Shown: piece after piece, positions 45,201 to 59,096 of the stretch
Position numbering within the stretch: the stretch's first letter is position 1
Layout of the letters: each line of letters starts with the position of its first letter
NCBI RefSeq assembly: GCF_009914755.1
Contig: NC_060930.1
From: the human T2T-CHM13v2.0 reference genome, Homo sapiens
Direction: 5' to 3' (one strand)
Length of the DNA stretch: 64,000 nucleotides
Made by a program: the position numbers and the translations under genes
Notes under the pieces: generated by a model
The model's database searches: none
What the model saw: only the letters and a program-made list of their open reading frames with translations
Told to the model about the DNA's origin: nothing

Positions 45201-48200
45201 GGTCCTTCACATCCCTTATAAATTGTATTCCTAGTATTTTATTCTTTTTGTAGCAATTGTGAATGGGAGTTCACTCATGATTTGACTCTGTTTATCTATT
45301 ATTGATGTATAGGAATGCTTGTGATTTTTGCACATTGATGTTGTATCCTGAGACTTTGCTGAAGTGGCTTATCAGATAAGGAGATTTGGGGCTGAGACGA
45401 TGGGGTTTTCTAGATATAGGATCATGTCATCTGCAAACAGAGACAATTTGACTTCCTATCTTCCCATTTGAATACCTTTATTTCTTTCTCTTTCCTGATT
45501 GCCCTGGCCAGAACTTCCAATACTTTGTGGAATACGAGTAGTGAGGGAGGACATCCTTGTCTTGTGCTGGTTTTCAAAGAGAATGCTTCCAGCTTTTGCC
45601 CATTCAGTATGATATTGGCTGTGGGTTTGCCATAAATGGCTCTTATTATTTTGAGATACGTTCCATCAATAACTAGTTTATTGACAGCATTTAGCAAGAA
45701 GGGGTGTTGAATTTTAATGAAGACCTTTTCTGCATCTACTGAGATAATCATGTGGTTTTTGTCATTGGTTCTGTTTATGTGATGGATTACGTTTATTCAT
45801 TTGCATATGTTGAACCAGCCTTGCATCCCAGGGATGAAGCCGACTTGAACGTGGTGGATAAGCTTTTTGATGTGCTGCTGGATTCGGTTTGCCAGTATTT
45901 TATTCAGGATTTTCTCATCGGTGTTCATCAGGGATATTTGGCTGAAATGTTTTTTGTCATTGTATCTCTGCCAGGCTTTAGTATCAGGATGATGCTGGGC
46001 TCATAAAGTGAGTTAGGGAGGAGTCCCACTTTTTCTGTTGTTTGGAATAGTTTCAGAAGGAATGGTACCAGCTACTCTTTGTACCTCTGGTAGAATTTGG
46101 CTGTGAATTCATCTGGTCCTGGGCTTTTTTTGGTTGGTAGGCTATTAATTATTGCCTCAATTTCAGAACTTAATATTGGCCTATTCAGGGGTTCGACTTC
46201 TTCCTGGTTTAGTCTTGGGAGGGTGTATGTGTCCAGGAATTTATCCATTTTTTTCTAGATTTTCTAGTTTATTTGCATAGAAGTATTTATAGTACTCTCT
46301 GATGGTAGTTTGTATTTCTGTGGGATTGGTGGTGATATCCCCTTTGTCATTTTTTATTGCGTCTATTTGATTCTTCTTGCTTTTCTGCTTCATTAGCCTG
46401 GCTAGTGGTAAACCACTGCTCAAGTAAATAAGAGAGGACACAAACAAATGGAAAAACATCCTATGCTCGTGGATGGAAAGAATAAATATCAGGAAAATGA
46501 CCATACTGCCCAAAGTAATTCATAGATTCAATGCTGTTCCCATCAAACTACCGCTGACATTCTTCACAGAATTAGAAAAATCTACTTTAAATTTCATATG
46601 GAACCAAAAAGAGCCCGTATAGCCAAGACAATCCTAAGCAAAAAGAACAAAGCTAGAGGCATCACTATACTATACTACAGGGCTACAGTAAACAAAACAG
46701 CATGGTACTGGTACCAAAACAGATATACAGAACAGTGAAACAGAACAGAGGCCTCAGAAATAATGCCACACATCTATAACCATTTGATCTTTGACAAACC
46801 TGACAAAAACAAGCAATGGTGAAAGAATTCCCTGTTTAATAAATGGTGTTGGGAAAACTGGCTACCCATATGCAGAAAACTGAAACTGGACCCCTTCCTT
46901 ACACCTGATACAAAAATTAACTCAAGATGGATTAAAGACTTACATGTAAGACTTAAAACCATAAAAACCCTAGAAGAAAATCTAGGCAATACCATTCAGG
47001 ACAGGCATGGGCAAAGACTTCATGACTAAAACACCAAAAACAATGGCAACAAAAGTCAAAATTGACAAATGGGATCTAACTAAAGTAAACAGCTTCTGCA
47101 CAGCAAAAGAAACTACCATCAGAGTGAACAGGCAACCTATACAATGGGAGAAAATTTTTGCAATCTATCCTTCTGACAAAGGGCTAATGTCCAGAATCTA
47201 CAAGGAACTTAACCAAATTTACAAAAAAAAAAAAAAAAAGAAACAAAGAAAAAAAAAACAACCCCATAAAAAAGTGGGTGAAGGATGTAAACAGACGCTT
47301 CTCGAAAGAAGACATACATGCAGCCAACAAACACAAGAAAAAAAGCTCATCATCACTGGTCATTAGAAAAATGCCAATCAAAACCACAATGAGATACTGT
47401 CACGCCTGTTAGAATGGTGATCATTAAAAAGTCAGGAAAGGCTGGGCGGGGTGGCTCATGCCTGTAATCCCAGCACTTCGGGAGGCCAAGGCAGGCAGAT
47501 CACGAGGTCAGGAGATCGAGACTATCCTGGCTAACATGGTGAAACCTCATCTCTTCTAAAAATACAAAAAATTAGCCAGGCGTGGTGGCAGGTGCCTGTA
47601 GTCCCAGCTACTCGGGAGGCTGAGGCTGAGGCAGGAGAATGGCGTGAACCCAGGAGTCAAAGGTTTCAGTGAGCCGAGATTGTGCCACTGCATTCCAGCC
47701 TGGGCAACAGAGCAAGACTACATATCAAAAAAAAAGAAAAAAGAAAAAAAAAGAAAGAAAAGAAAAAGTCAGGAAACAGATGCTGGAGAGGATGTGGAGA
47801 AATAGGAACACTTTTACACTGTTGGTGGCAGTGTAAATTAGTTCAACCATTGTGGAAGACAGTGTGGCAATTCCTCAAGGATTTAGAACCAGAAATAGCG
47901 TTTGACCAGCAATCCCATTACTGGGTATATACCCAAAGGATTTTAAATCATTCTACTATATAGATACATGCACACGTATGTTTATTGCAGCACTATTCAC
48001 AATAGCAGACTTGGAACCAACCCAAATGCCCATCAATGATAGATTGAATAAAGAAAATGTGGCACATATACACCATGGAATACTATGCAGCCATCAGAAA
48101 GGATGAGCTAATGTCCTTTGCAGGAACATGGTTGAAGCTGGAAACCATCATTCTCTGCAAACTAACGCAGAAACAGAAAACCAAAGACTGCATGTTCTCA

Positions 48201-48429
48201 CTCATAAGTGGGAGTTGAACAATGAGAACACATGAACACAGGGAGGGGAACATCACACACAGGGGCCTTTCAGGAGGTAGGGGGCTAGGAGAGGGATAGC
48301 ATTAGGATAAATACCTAATGTAGATACAGGTTGATTGGTGCAGCAAACCACTATGGCACGTGTATACCTATGTAACAAACCTGCACATTCTGCACATGTA
48401 TCCCACAACTTAAAGTATAATAAAAAAAA
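45201..48429 (+). mobile_element. L1PA7-like, 5'-inverted (twin-primed): inverted 45201-46409, direct 46410-48429
   Basis: Antisense ORF2 then sense ORF2/3'UTR/polyA. Imperfect TSD aaaacgttgaaagaaaa (45184-45200) / aaaaagtttaaagaaaa (48430-48446). Confidence 0.92.
47440..47762 (+). mobile_element. AluY/Sc nested in L1PA7
   Basis: Perfect 14-bp TSD aaaaagtcaggaaa (47426-47439, 47763-47776). Confidence 0.95.
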
Positions 48430-49460
48430 AAAAAGTTTAAAGAAAAAAATAAAGAGAAACTATACCAGTTAAAAAAAAACTAACAAAAATAAAGCTAGAG
48501 TAGTTATATTAATATTAAGTAAAAATAAACTTTAAAATCAACATCACAGATTGATAGCATCACTGTCTAATAATAAAAGGTTTAATTCTCCAAGAAGATA
48601 AAACACTTTTAAACTCATAATCATCTAAAGTATCAAACTGTATTTTATAAAATTGATAGGAATATACAGAAAAAATTTTAAATCCACCATCACATAGATG
48701 AAGCAGATCAAAATGGTTAAATACAGAAGAATTGAAAACATGACTAATAAACTGGATTTTATTTATTTATCCAACTTGCATTTCTTGAACTTATGTTTTG
48801 TGTCAGGTACTGTTCTAGTTGGTGCTTTTGAGAATATTTAGAACATGTGGTAGAATAGAGTAATGTTTTTATTTTTAACGGCAACATTTAATTATACATA
48901 TTTATGGGGTACAATTTGATGTTTTGATACATACCTATGTTGTACAATGATCCAATCAGTGCATTTAGTGATTCGTCAACTCTTATATTTATTATTTCTT
49001 TGTGGTGAGAACATTCAAATGACTTATTCTAGCATTTTGCAAGGTACAATATTTTATTGTTAACCACAGTCACCCCTACTGGGCAATAGAACACTGGACT
49101 TTATTCCTTCTATCTAATTGTAACTTTGTACATGTTAATCAACTTCTTATCATCTCTTCCAACTTTTTTTTTTAGATTCTATATATGAGGGAGATCTTAT
49201 GCTGTTTGTTTTTCTATGTCTGGCCTATTTCACACAACATAATATTCTCCAGACCCATCCGTATTGTCACAAATAACAGGATTTCATTTTTATTATTTTT
49301 TATGACTGAATAGTGTTAAATTGTGTATATATGCCACATTTTCTTTATCTATTTATTCATTGTTGGACACTTAGGTTAATTCCATATCTTGGCTATTGTA
49401 AATGCTGTTACAACAATAAATGGGAGTGCAGACGCCCCTTTGACATACTGATTTCCTTTC

Positions 49461-49463
<3 letters not shown>

Positions 49464-49497
<34 letters not shown>
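49464..49497. repeat. (TG)17 microsatellite
   Basis: Read directly. Confidence 0.95.
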
Positions 49498-49500
<3 letters not shown>

Positions 49501-50770
49501 TCTCAATAGTGGGATTGCCAGATATTTTTTAAAGAAATTCCATACTCTCTCCTATAGTGACTGTACTAGTTTACAATCCCACCAATAGTGTACAAATATT
49601 GTCTGCCCTTCACGTCCTTGCCAAAACTTGTTTTCTTTATAACACTCACTCTAACTGGGGTAAGATGATATCCCATGGTGGTCTGATTTGCATTTCCCTG
49701 ATGATTAGTAACGCTGAATATTTTTTCATACACCTATTGGCCATTTGTATGTCTTCATTTGAAAAATGTCTATTAAGTTCTTTTGCCCTTTTTGAAATTG
49801 AGTTATTTGTTTTATTGGTAGGTTAAGTTTCATATATATTCTGGATATTAGCCTCTTGTCTTAGGTATAGTTTGCAAATATTTTCTCTCATCCTGTAGGT
49901 GGTCTCTTCACTCTGTTAATAGTTTCCTTTGCTGTGCAAAAGCTCTCTGGTTTGATCTCATTTGTCTGTTTTTGCTTTTGTTGCCTGTGCTTTTGAGATC
50001 TTATTTAAAAAATCCTTTCTTAGCACAATGTCATGAGGCATCCCCTTGTTTCCTTCTAGTAGTTTTATAGTGTCAGATTTCAAATTTAAGTCTTTAATCC
50101 ATTTTTAAGTTGACTTTTTTATATGTTGAGAGGTAGGGTTCTAGCCTTATTCTTCTGCATGTGGATTTCCAATTATCCCAGTACCATTTATTAAAAAGAC
50201 TCTTTCCCCAACATGTGTTCTTGGTAACTTTATCAAAAATCAGCTGTTTTTAGGTTCATGAATTTATTTCTGGGCTCACCTTTCTTTTCCATTGGCCTAT
50301 CTATTTGTTTTCATGCCAATACCATGCTATTAATATTTAAGTTACTATAGCTTTGTAATACATTTTGGAGTCAAGTAGCATGCCTCCAACTTTGCACATT
50401 TTGTTCAGGATTACTTTGGCTATTTGTGGTCGTGTGTGCTTCCATATTAATTTAAGTATTGCTTTTGTTCTGTGTGTGTGAAGAATGTCGTTGGTATTTT
50501 GGTAGGGATTGTATTACATCTGTAAATCACCTTGGGTAGTATGGCCATTTTAACAATGCTAAATTTATGGACCATGAACGCAGGATTTATTTGTTTTCTC
50601 TTCAATTTCTTTTACCAAAGTTTTACAGTTTTCAGTGTAGGAATCTTTCATCGTCTTGGTTAAGTTTATTCCTAGGCAATACTTATTTTGTAGCTTTTGT
50701 AAGTGAAATTGTTTTCTTGATTTTTTTTTCAGGTAGTTCACAATTGGTGTACAGAAACAGTACTAATTTT

Positions 50771-51105
50771 TATTTTTTATTTTTAAATTTATTTGTTTAT
50801 TATTTTAATTTTAGAGAGACACAGTCTCACTCACTTGCCCAGGCTGGGGTGCAGTAGTGTGATCATGGCACACTGTAATCTCAAACTCCTGGGCTCATGT
50901 GATCCTCATACCTCAGCCTGCTGGGTAACTAGGATTGAGGATGCATACAACACCTGGCTAACTTTAAAATATTTTTTTTGTGTGTGGAGAGATGGGGGTC
51001 TCACTATGTTGCTCATGCTGGTCTCAAACTCCTGGCCTCAAGCAATCCTCTCACCGTGGCCTCCCAAAGTGTTGAGGTTACAGGTGTGAGCCACCATATA
51101 TGGCC
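50771..51105 (-). mobile_element. AluJ nested in L1MA
   Basis: Imperfect TSD cagtactaatttt / cactactgatttt. Confidence 0.92.
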
Positions 51106-53507
51106 CACACTACTGATTTTTGTATGTTGATATTATATCTTGCAAGTTTCTTGAATCAATTTGTTAGACCTAACAGTTTTTTGATGGAGTTTTTAGGGTT
51201 TTCTAAATATAAGATCATGCCATCTGGAAACAATAATTTGACTTCCTCCTTTCCAATTCGAATGCCTTTTATTTCTTTCTCTTTCTAATGACTCTGGCTA
51301 CAACTTCTAGTACTGTGTTGAATACAAGTGATAAAAGTGAGTATCCTTATCTTGTTCCTGATATTAGAGGAAAAGCTTTTAACTTTTCCCATTCAGTGTA
51401 ATGTTACCTGTAGATGTGTCTTATATGGCCTTTATTATTTTCTATACCTTCTATACCTAATTTGTCAAGAGTTTTTATCAAGAAAAGGTGTAGAATCATG
51501 TCAAATGCTTTTCTTGAGCCTATCAAAATGATCAAATGGATTTTGTCTTTCTTTCTGTTAACATGATGTATTACATTTATTGATTTACATATGTTAAAGC
51601 ATCCTTGAACACTTGGCATGAATCCCATTTTATCACAGTAAATTGTCTTTTTAACGTACTGTTGCATTCAGTTTGCTAGTTTCTTGTTGAGAATTTCGCA
51701 TCTATGTTCATCAGAGATATTGGTCTGTAGTTTTCTTTTGTGTGTGTGTCCTTGCCTGGTTTTGGAATCAGGAAATGCTGGTCTCATACAATAAGTCTGG
51801 AAGTACTCCCTCCTCTTTAATTTTCTCGAATAATGTGAGGAGACTTGGTATGAGTTCTTCAGTGAAGCCATCAGGTATTAGGCTCTTCTTCTATGGAAGA
51901 CTTTTATTGCTGATTAAATTTCCTAACTTATTTTTGCTTTGTTCGGATTTTCTATTTATTCATAATTTAATATTGATAGATTGTGTGTCCAGGAATTTAT
52001 CCATTTCTTCTATGCTATCAAATTCATTGGCATATAGTTGTTCAGAATAGTTTCTTATGGTTCTATTTTTGTGGTATCAGATGTAATGTCTCCTTTTTTA
52101 ATCTCTGATTTTATTTATTTGAATCTTCTCTCATTTTTTCTCAGTCTAGCCAACAGTTTGTTGATTTTGTTTTTATTTTCAAAAGACCAACTCCTTGTTT
52201 TGTTAATCTTTTGGATTTTTAAGTCTCTATTTCATTTATTTTTGCTCTGACCTTTTAGAATTTTCTTCCCTGTTGCAACTTTGAGTTTAGTTTATTTTTG
52301 TTGTTTTAGTTTCTTGAGGTGCATTGTTAGGTTGTTTATTAGAAATCTTTCTTTTCTGATATAGGCATTTATTGCAATAAAGTTTTCTATTAGCACTGCT
52401 TTTGCTAGATCCCACAGGTTTCGATATGATGTGTTTCTATTCTTGTTTGTCTAAATGAAATTTTCAATTTCCCTTTTAATTTCTTCTTGGCCTGTTGGTT
52501 GTTTAGAGACGTATTTAATTTGCATATACTCTTAAAGTTTCTGAAGCTTTTCTCGTTGTTGATTTCTAGTTTTATACCATTGTGGCCAGAAAAATTACTT
52601 GATATGGTTTCTATCTTCTTAAATTTGTTAATACTCTTTTTAGGGCTTAATATGATTTTGGAAAATGTTCCATGTGCAGTTGAGAAGAATGTGTAGTCTG
52701 TAACAGTTGAATGGAATGTTTTGTAAATTTCCGTTTAGGTCCCTTTGGTTTGTAGTGCAGATTAAGTCTAATGTTTCTTTGTCAATTTTTTGTCTAGATG
52801 AACTGTCCATTGTTGGAAGTGGAGTGTTGAAATTCTCTACTATTATCATATTGCAGTACATCTCTTAGGTATAAACTCTCTTAGGTATAATATATGCCTT
52901 TATATCTGGTGTCCTGGTTTTGGATGCATATATATTTACAATTATCATGTCTTTTTGTTTAATTAATTTTTAATTATTATGTAATTACCTTTTTGTCTTT
53001 TTTTCACAATTTTTGACTTAAAGGCTATTTTATCTGATATAAGTATCGCTATTTCTTCTTACTTTTGGTTACCGTATGCATGGGATGTCTTTTTCCATCC
53101 TTTCACTTTCTTTTTTTTTTTTTTGAGATAGCATTTCTCATTTTATTTATTTTGCTTTTTATTTTTATTATTTATTTTATTTCAACAGGTTTTTGAGAAA
53201 CAGGTGGTGTTTGGTTACATGAATAAGTTCTTTAGTGGTGATTTCTAAAATTTTGGTGTACCTATCACCCGAGCATTGTATACTGTACCCAATGTGGTCT
53301 TTTATTCCTCACCTCCCTCCCACCCTTTCCCCTGAGTCCCTGAAGTCCATTGTATCATTCTTGTGGATTTGCATCCTCATAGCTTAGCTTCCACTTATGA
53401 GTGAGAACATACAATGGTTGTTTTTCCATTCCTATGTTACTTCACCTAGAATAATGGTCTCTAATGCCATTATTGCATTCCTTTTTATGGCTGAGTAGTA
53501 TTCCAGG

Positions 53508-53529
53508 ATATATATATATATATATATAT

Positions 53530-53600
<71 letters not shown>
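53508..53600. repeat. Compound (TA)n(CA)n microsatellite in L1PB
   Basis: Read directly. Confidence 0.95.
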
Positions 53601-53601
<1 letters not shown>

Positions 53602-55404
53602 TTATATAATCACAATTTGTTTTTCCACTCATTAATTGATGGGCATTTGGGCTGGTTCCATACTTTTGCAATTGCAAATTGTGCTGCTGTAAACATGCGT
53701 GTGTAAGGATCTTTATTGCATAATGATTTCTTTTCCTCTGGGTAGATACCCAGTAGTGGGATTGCTGGATGGTAGTTCTACTTTTAGTTCTTTGAGGAAA
53801 CTCCATAGTGTTTTCCACAGTTGTACTAGTTTACATTTCCACCAACAGTGTAAAAGTGTTCCTTTTCACCACATCCATGCTAACATCTATTATTTTTTCA
53901 TTTTTTTTGATAATGGCCATTCTTGCAGGAGTAAGGTGGTAACACATTGTGGTTTTGATTTGCATTTCTTTGATCATTAGTGATGCTGAGCATTTTTTCA
54001 TGTTTGTCGTCCATTTGTATACCTTCTTCTGAGAATTGTCTATTCATGTTGTTAGCCCACTTTTTGACGGGATTGTTTCTTTTTTTTCTTGCTGATTTGC
54101 TTGAGTTCATTGTAGATTCTAGTTCTTTGTCAGATGTATAGATTGCGAGGATTTTCTCCCACTCTGTGGGTTGTCTGTTTACTCTGCTGATTGCTTCTTT
54201 TGCTGTGCAGAAGTTTTTTAGTTTAATTAAGTCCCATCTATTTATCTTTGTTTTTATTGCATTTGCTTTTGGATTCTTGGTCACAAATCCTTTTAGTAAG
54301 CCGGTGTCTAGAAGGGTTTTTTTATGACATTATCTTCTAGAATTTTATGGCTTCAGGTCTTGATTTAAGTCCTTGATCCATCTTGAGTTGATTTTTGTAT
54401 AAGGTAAGAGATGAGGATCTAGTTTGATGCTTCTACATGTGGCTTGCCAATTATTCCAGCACCATTTTTTGAATAGGGTGTCATTTCTCCATTTTATGTT
54501 TTTGTTTGCTATGTCGAAGATCAGTTGGCTGTAAATATTTGTCTTTATTTCTGATTTCTCTATTCTGTTCCATTGGTCTTTGTGCCTATTTTTATACCAG
54601 TACCAAGCTGTTTTGATGACTATAGCCTTATAGTATAGTTTGAAGTCATGTAATGTGATGCCTCCAGTTTTGTTCTTTTTGATCAGTCTTGCTTTGTCTA
54701 TGCAGGCTTTTTTTTATGGCTCCATATGAATTTTCAGATTGATTTATCTAGTTCTGTGGAGAACAGTGGTGGTATTTTGATGGGAATTGAATTGAATTTG
54801 TAGATTGCTTTTGGCAGTAAGTTCATTTACACAATATTGATTCTATCCATCCATGATCATGGAATGTGTTTCTATTTGTTTGTGTCATCTACGGTTTCTT
54901 TCAGCAGTGTTTTGTAGTTTTCCTTGTAGAGGTCTTTCACCTCCTTGGTTAGGTATATTCCTAAGTATATTATTTTATTTTTTTACAGCTATTGCAAAAG
55001 GGGTTAAGTTCTTGATTTGGTTCTCAGCTTGGTCGCTGTTGGTGTATAGCAGAGCTACTGATTTGTGTACATTAATTTTGTATCCTGAAAGTTTGCTGAA
55101 TTCATTTATCAGTTCTAGAAGCTTTTTGGAGGAGTCTTTAGTGTTTTTTAGGTGTACGATTATATCATCAGCAAATAGCAGCAGTGTGACTTTCTTTTTA
55201 CTGATTTGGATGCCCTTTATTTCTTTCTCTTGTCTGATTGCTCTGGCTGGCACTTCCTGTACTATGTTGAATATAAGTGGTAAAAGTGGGCATTCTTGTC
55301 TTGCTCCAGTTCTCAGAAGAAAAGCTTTCAATTTTTCCCCATTCAGTATTATATTGGCTATGAGTTTGTCATAGATGGCTTTTATTACACTAAGATATGT
55401 TCCT

Positions 55405-56212
55405 AGTCTTTGCTACTGTGAATAGTGCCGCAATAAACATACTTGTGCATGTGGAATGATTTATAATCCTTTGGGTATATACCCAGTAATGGGATTGCTG
55501 GGTCAAATGGTATTTCTAGTTCTGGATCCTTGAGGAATCGCCACACTGTCTTCCACAATAGTTGAACTAATTTACACTCTCAGCAACTGTGTAAAAGCAT
55601 TCCTATTTCTCCACATCCTCTCCAGCATCTGTTGTTTCCTGACTTTTTAATGTTCGCCATTCTAACTGGCATGAGATGGTATCTCATTGTGGTTTTGATT
55701 TGCATTTCTCTAATCACCAGTGATGATGATCTTTTTTTCATAAGTTTGTTGGCTGCATAAATGTCTTCTTTTGAGAAATATCTGTTCATATCCTTCACCC
55801 ACTTTTTGATGGGATTGTTTGTTTTTTAAACCATGGAATACTCTGCAGCCATAAAAAAAAAAAATGAGTTCATGTCTTTTGCAGGGACATGGATGAAGCT
55901 GGAAACCATCATTCTCAGCAAACTAACACAAGAACAGAAAACCAAACACCGCATGGTCTCATTCATAAGTGGGAGTTGAAAAGTGAGAACATATGGGCAC
56001 AGGGAGGGGAACATCACACACTGGGGCCTGCCAGTGGGTGGGGGAGTAGGGGAGGGATAGCATTAGGAGAAGTACCTAATATAGGCAAGGAGATGATGGC
56101 TGCAGCAAACCACCATGGCACATGTATACCTATGTAACAAACCTGCATGTTCTGCACATGTATCCCAGAACTTAAAGCATAATAATGATAATAAAATATA
56201 TAGCAGAAATGA
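55405..56212 (+). mobile_element. Short L1PA7-like, 5'-inverted (twin-primed): inverted ~55405-55827, direct ~55828-56200
   Basis: TSD aagatatgttcct (55392-55404) / aacatatgttcct (56213-56225). L1PA7-type 3'UTR. Confidence 0.9.
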
Positions 56213-58641
56213 AACATATGTTCCTTCTGTGCTGATTTTGCTGAGAGTTTTAATCATAAAGGGAAGCTGGATTTTGTCAAATGCTTTTTCTGTATCTATT
56301 GAGATGATCATGAGATTTTTGTTTTTAATTCTGTTTATGCGGTGTATACATTTATTGACCTGCATATGTTAAGCCTTCCTTGCATCCCTGGTACAAAACT
56401 CACATGATCATGGTGGGTTATCTTTTTGATATGCTGTTGGATTCAGTTAGCTAGTATTTTGTTAAGGATTTTTGCCTCTATATTCATCAGGGATATTGGT
56501 CTGTAGTTTGCTTTTTTTGTCATGTCCTTTCCTGGTTTTGGTATTAGAGTGGTGCTGACTTCATAGACTGATTTAGGGAGAATTTCCTCTTTATATATCT
56601 TATATAATAATGTCAACAGGATTGGTACCAATTATTTGAATGTCTGATAGAATTCAGCTGTGAATCCATCTGGTCCTGGACATTTTTTTAATTGGCAATT
56701 TTTAAATTATCATTCAATTTCACTGTTTCTTATTGGTCTTTTCAAAATTTCTATTTCTTCCCGGTTTAATCTAGTAATGTTGCACATTTCCAGGAATTTA
56801 TTCATCTTCTCTAGATTTTCTAGTTTATGCGCATAAAGGTGTTCATTGTAGCCTTGAATATTCTTTTGTATTTCTATGGTATCAGTGGTAACATCTCCCA
56901 TTTTGTTTCTAATTGAGCTTATTTGGATCTTCTCTTTTCTTTTCTTGGTTAATCTCACCAATGCTCATCAATTTTAATTATCTTTCCCAAGAATCAGTTT
57001 TTTGTACTCTCCCTCTTTTCCTAGGGATGTGGCTTCCTGAGAGCCAAACTGTAGGGATTGTTATTTCCCTTCTGGATCTAGCCACCCAGCTGGGTTACCA
57101 GGTTCCAGGACAGTACTAGTGGTGCCTGCACAGAGTCCAGTGATATGAACCATCAGGTGTTGGTATCCACAGGTCTGTCAGCTGTGGATACCAACATCTG
57201 CTTCGGTGGTGGTGGTAGGGGACTGAAATGGACTCTGTGAAGGTCCTTAGTTGTATTATTGTTGTTTATTGCATTATTTTTTCTGGTTGGCCTCCTGCTA
57301 GGGGGTGGCGCTTTCAAGAGAGCATCAGCTGTGGTAGTATAGAGGATCAGGCAGTGGGCAGGGCCCTAGAACTCCCAAGAGAATATGCCCTTTGTCTTCA
57401 GCTACAAGGATGGGTAGGGAATGACCATCAGGTGGGGGCGTTGTTAGGCATGTCTGAGCTCAGACTCTCCTTGAGCGAGGCTTGCTCTGGCTGCTGTGGG
57501 GGATGGGATTGTGGTTCCCAGGTTAATGGAGTTATGTTCCCAGAAGGATTATGGCTGCCTCTGCTGTGTCATGCAGGTTGTCACAGAAGTGGGGAAAGCC
57601 GGCAGTTACAGGGCTCACCCAGCTCCCACGCAACCCAAAAGGCCGGTCTCACTCCTGCTGTGTCCCCGCCCCACCCACTAACAGCACCAAGTTTCTTTCC
57701 AGGCAGTGGGCAAGCAGGGCTGAGAACTTGCCCCAGGCTACCAGCCTCCCACCTGAGAAAGCAAGCAGGGCTTTCATGACTCCCTGCCTGTCAAGCCTGC
57801 ACACTGAACTCATGCTCTCGCCTGAGTTCTGGTCAGGAAACTGCATTCAGTTGGAATTGTTACAAAGTTTGGCTGGAAGTTTCCTTCTCTCTGTGGTCTT
57901 TCCCCAGTTCCTTTTGCAGCCCTCCCCAAGGGCTCTGTGAGACAAGTCAGAAATGGCTTCCCTGGGGACGCAAAGAGCCCACAGGGCTTTTCCCACTGCT
58001 TCCTCTACCCCTGTATTTTGCTTGCCTCTCTAAATTGTCTCAGCTCCAGGTAAGGTCAAATCCTTCTCCAGTGATCTGGACCTTCAGGTTCCCCAGTGAG
58101 GGTTTGTGTTCAGAAGTGGATGATCCTCCATTACACTTTCACACTTTGGGCACACAGATTTTTGGCTGTCACCAGGGGCATGCAGCAAACCACTTCTTTC
58201 AAAGGGCTTTTGGATGCTTTTGGCTTTTCTGGTATGTTCCTGTAGTAGTTTTTGGAGCAGAAGTTCATGATGTGAGTCTTCACACACTGCTCTGTCCCTC
58301 TGAGTGGGAGCTGCAATTTAGTCCTGCCTTCTATCCACCATTTTCCTCACCTATCCTTCACTTTCATTCTATTTTTGTCTTAATTGGTGAAGGGAGTCTC
58401 TGATAGGCAGCAGTAGTTGGGTCTTCTTTTTTAGCCATTTAGCCACTCTATAACTTTTAGTTGGAGAATTTAATTCATTTCTATTCATGGTTATTATTGG
58501 TAGATAAAAACTTACCCTGTCACTTTGTTAGTTGTTTCCTGGTTGTTCTGCAGATCTCTTCCTTTCTTATTGTTCACCTCTGTAGTCTGGTGGTTTTCTG
58601 TGGTGCTAAGCTTTATTTCAATTTTCTTTCTGTGGTGCTAA

Positions 58642-59096
<455 letters not shown>

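Larger units (their letters stand above)
53111..58350 (-). mobile_element. L1PB (L1PB1 3' end, L1PBa-type 5'UTR) with both termini and a large internal deletion
   Basis: 3' end 'aacaggtggtgtttggttacatgaataagttctttagtggtgatt'. 5' end (sense) 'gaaaatggtggatagaaggcaggactaaattgcagctcccactc'. TSD ccatcctttcactttc / ctatccttcactttc. ORF2 RT remnant at 54975-55331. Confidence 0.88.

Noticed and set aside
52861-52890. Short tandem duplications (14 bp here; 10 bp at 23731-23750; 11 bp at 63821-63848)
   Set aside because: Ordinary slippage duplications inside old repeats.
57228-58403. ORFs of 122-183 aa on the + strand
   Set aside because: Antisense to the L1PB 5'UTR; chance ORFs in GC-richer repeat sequence.
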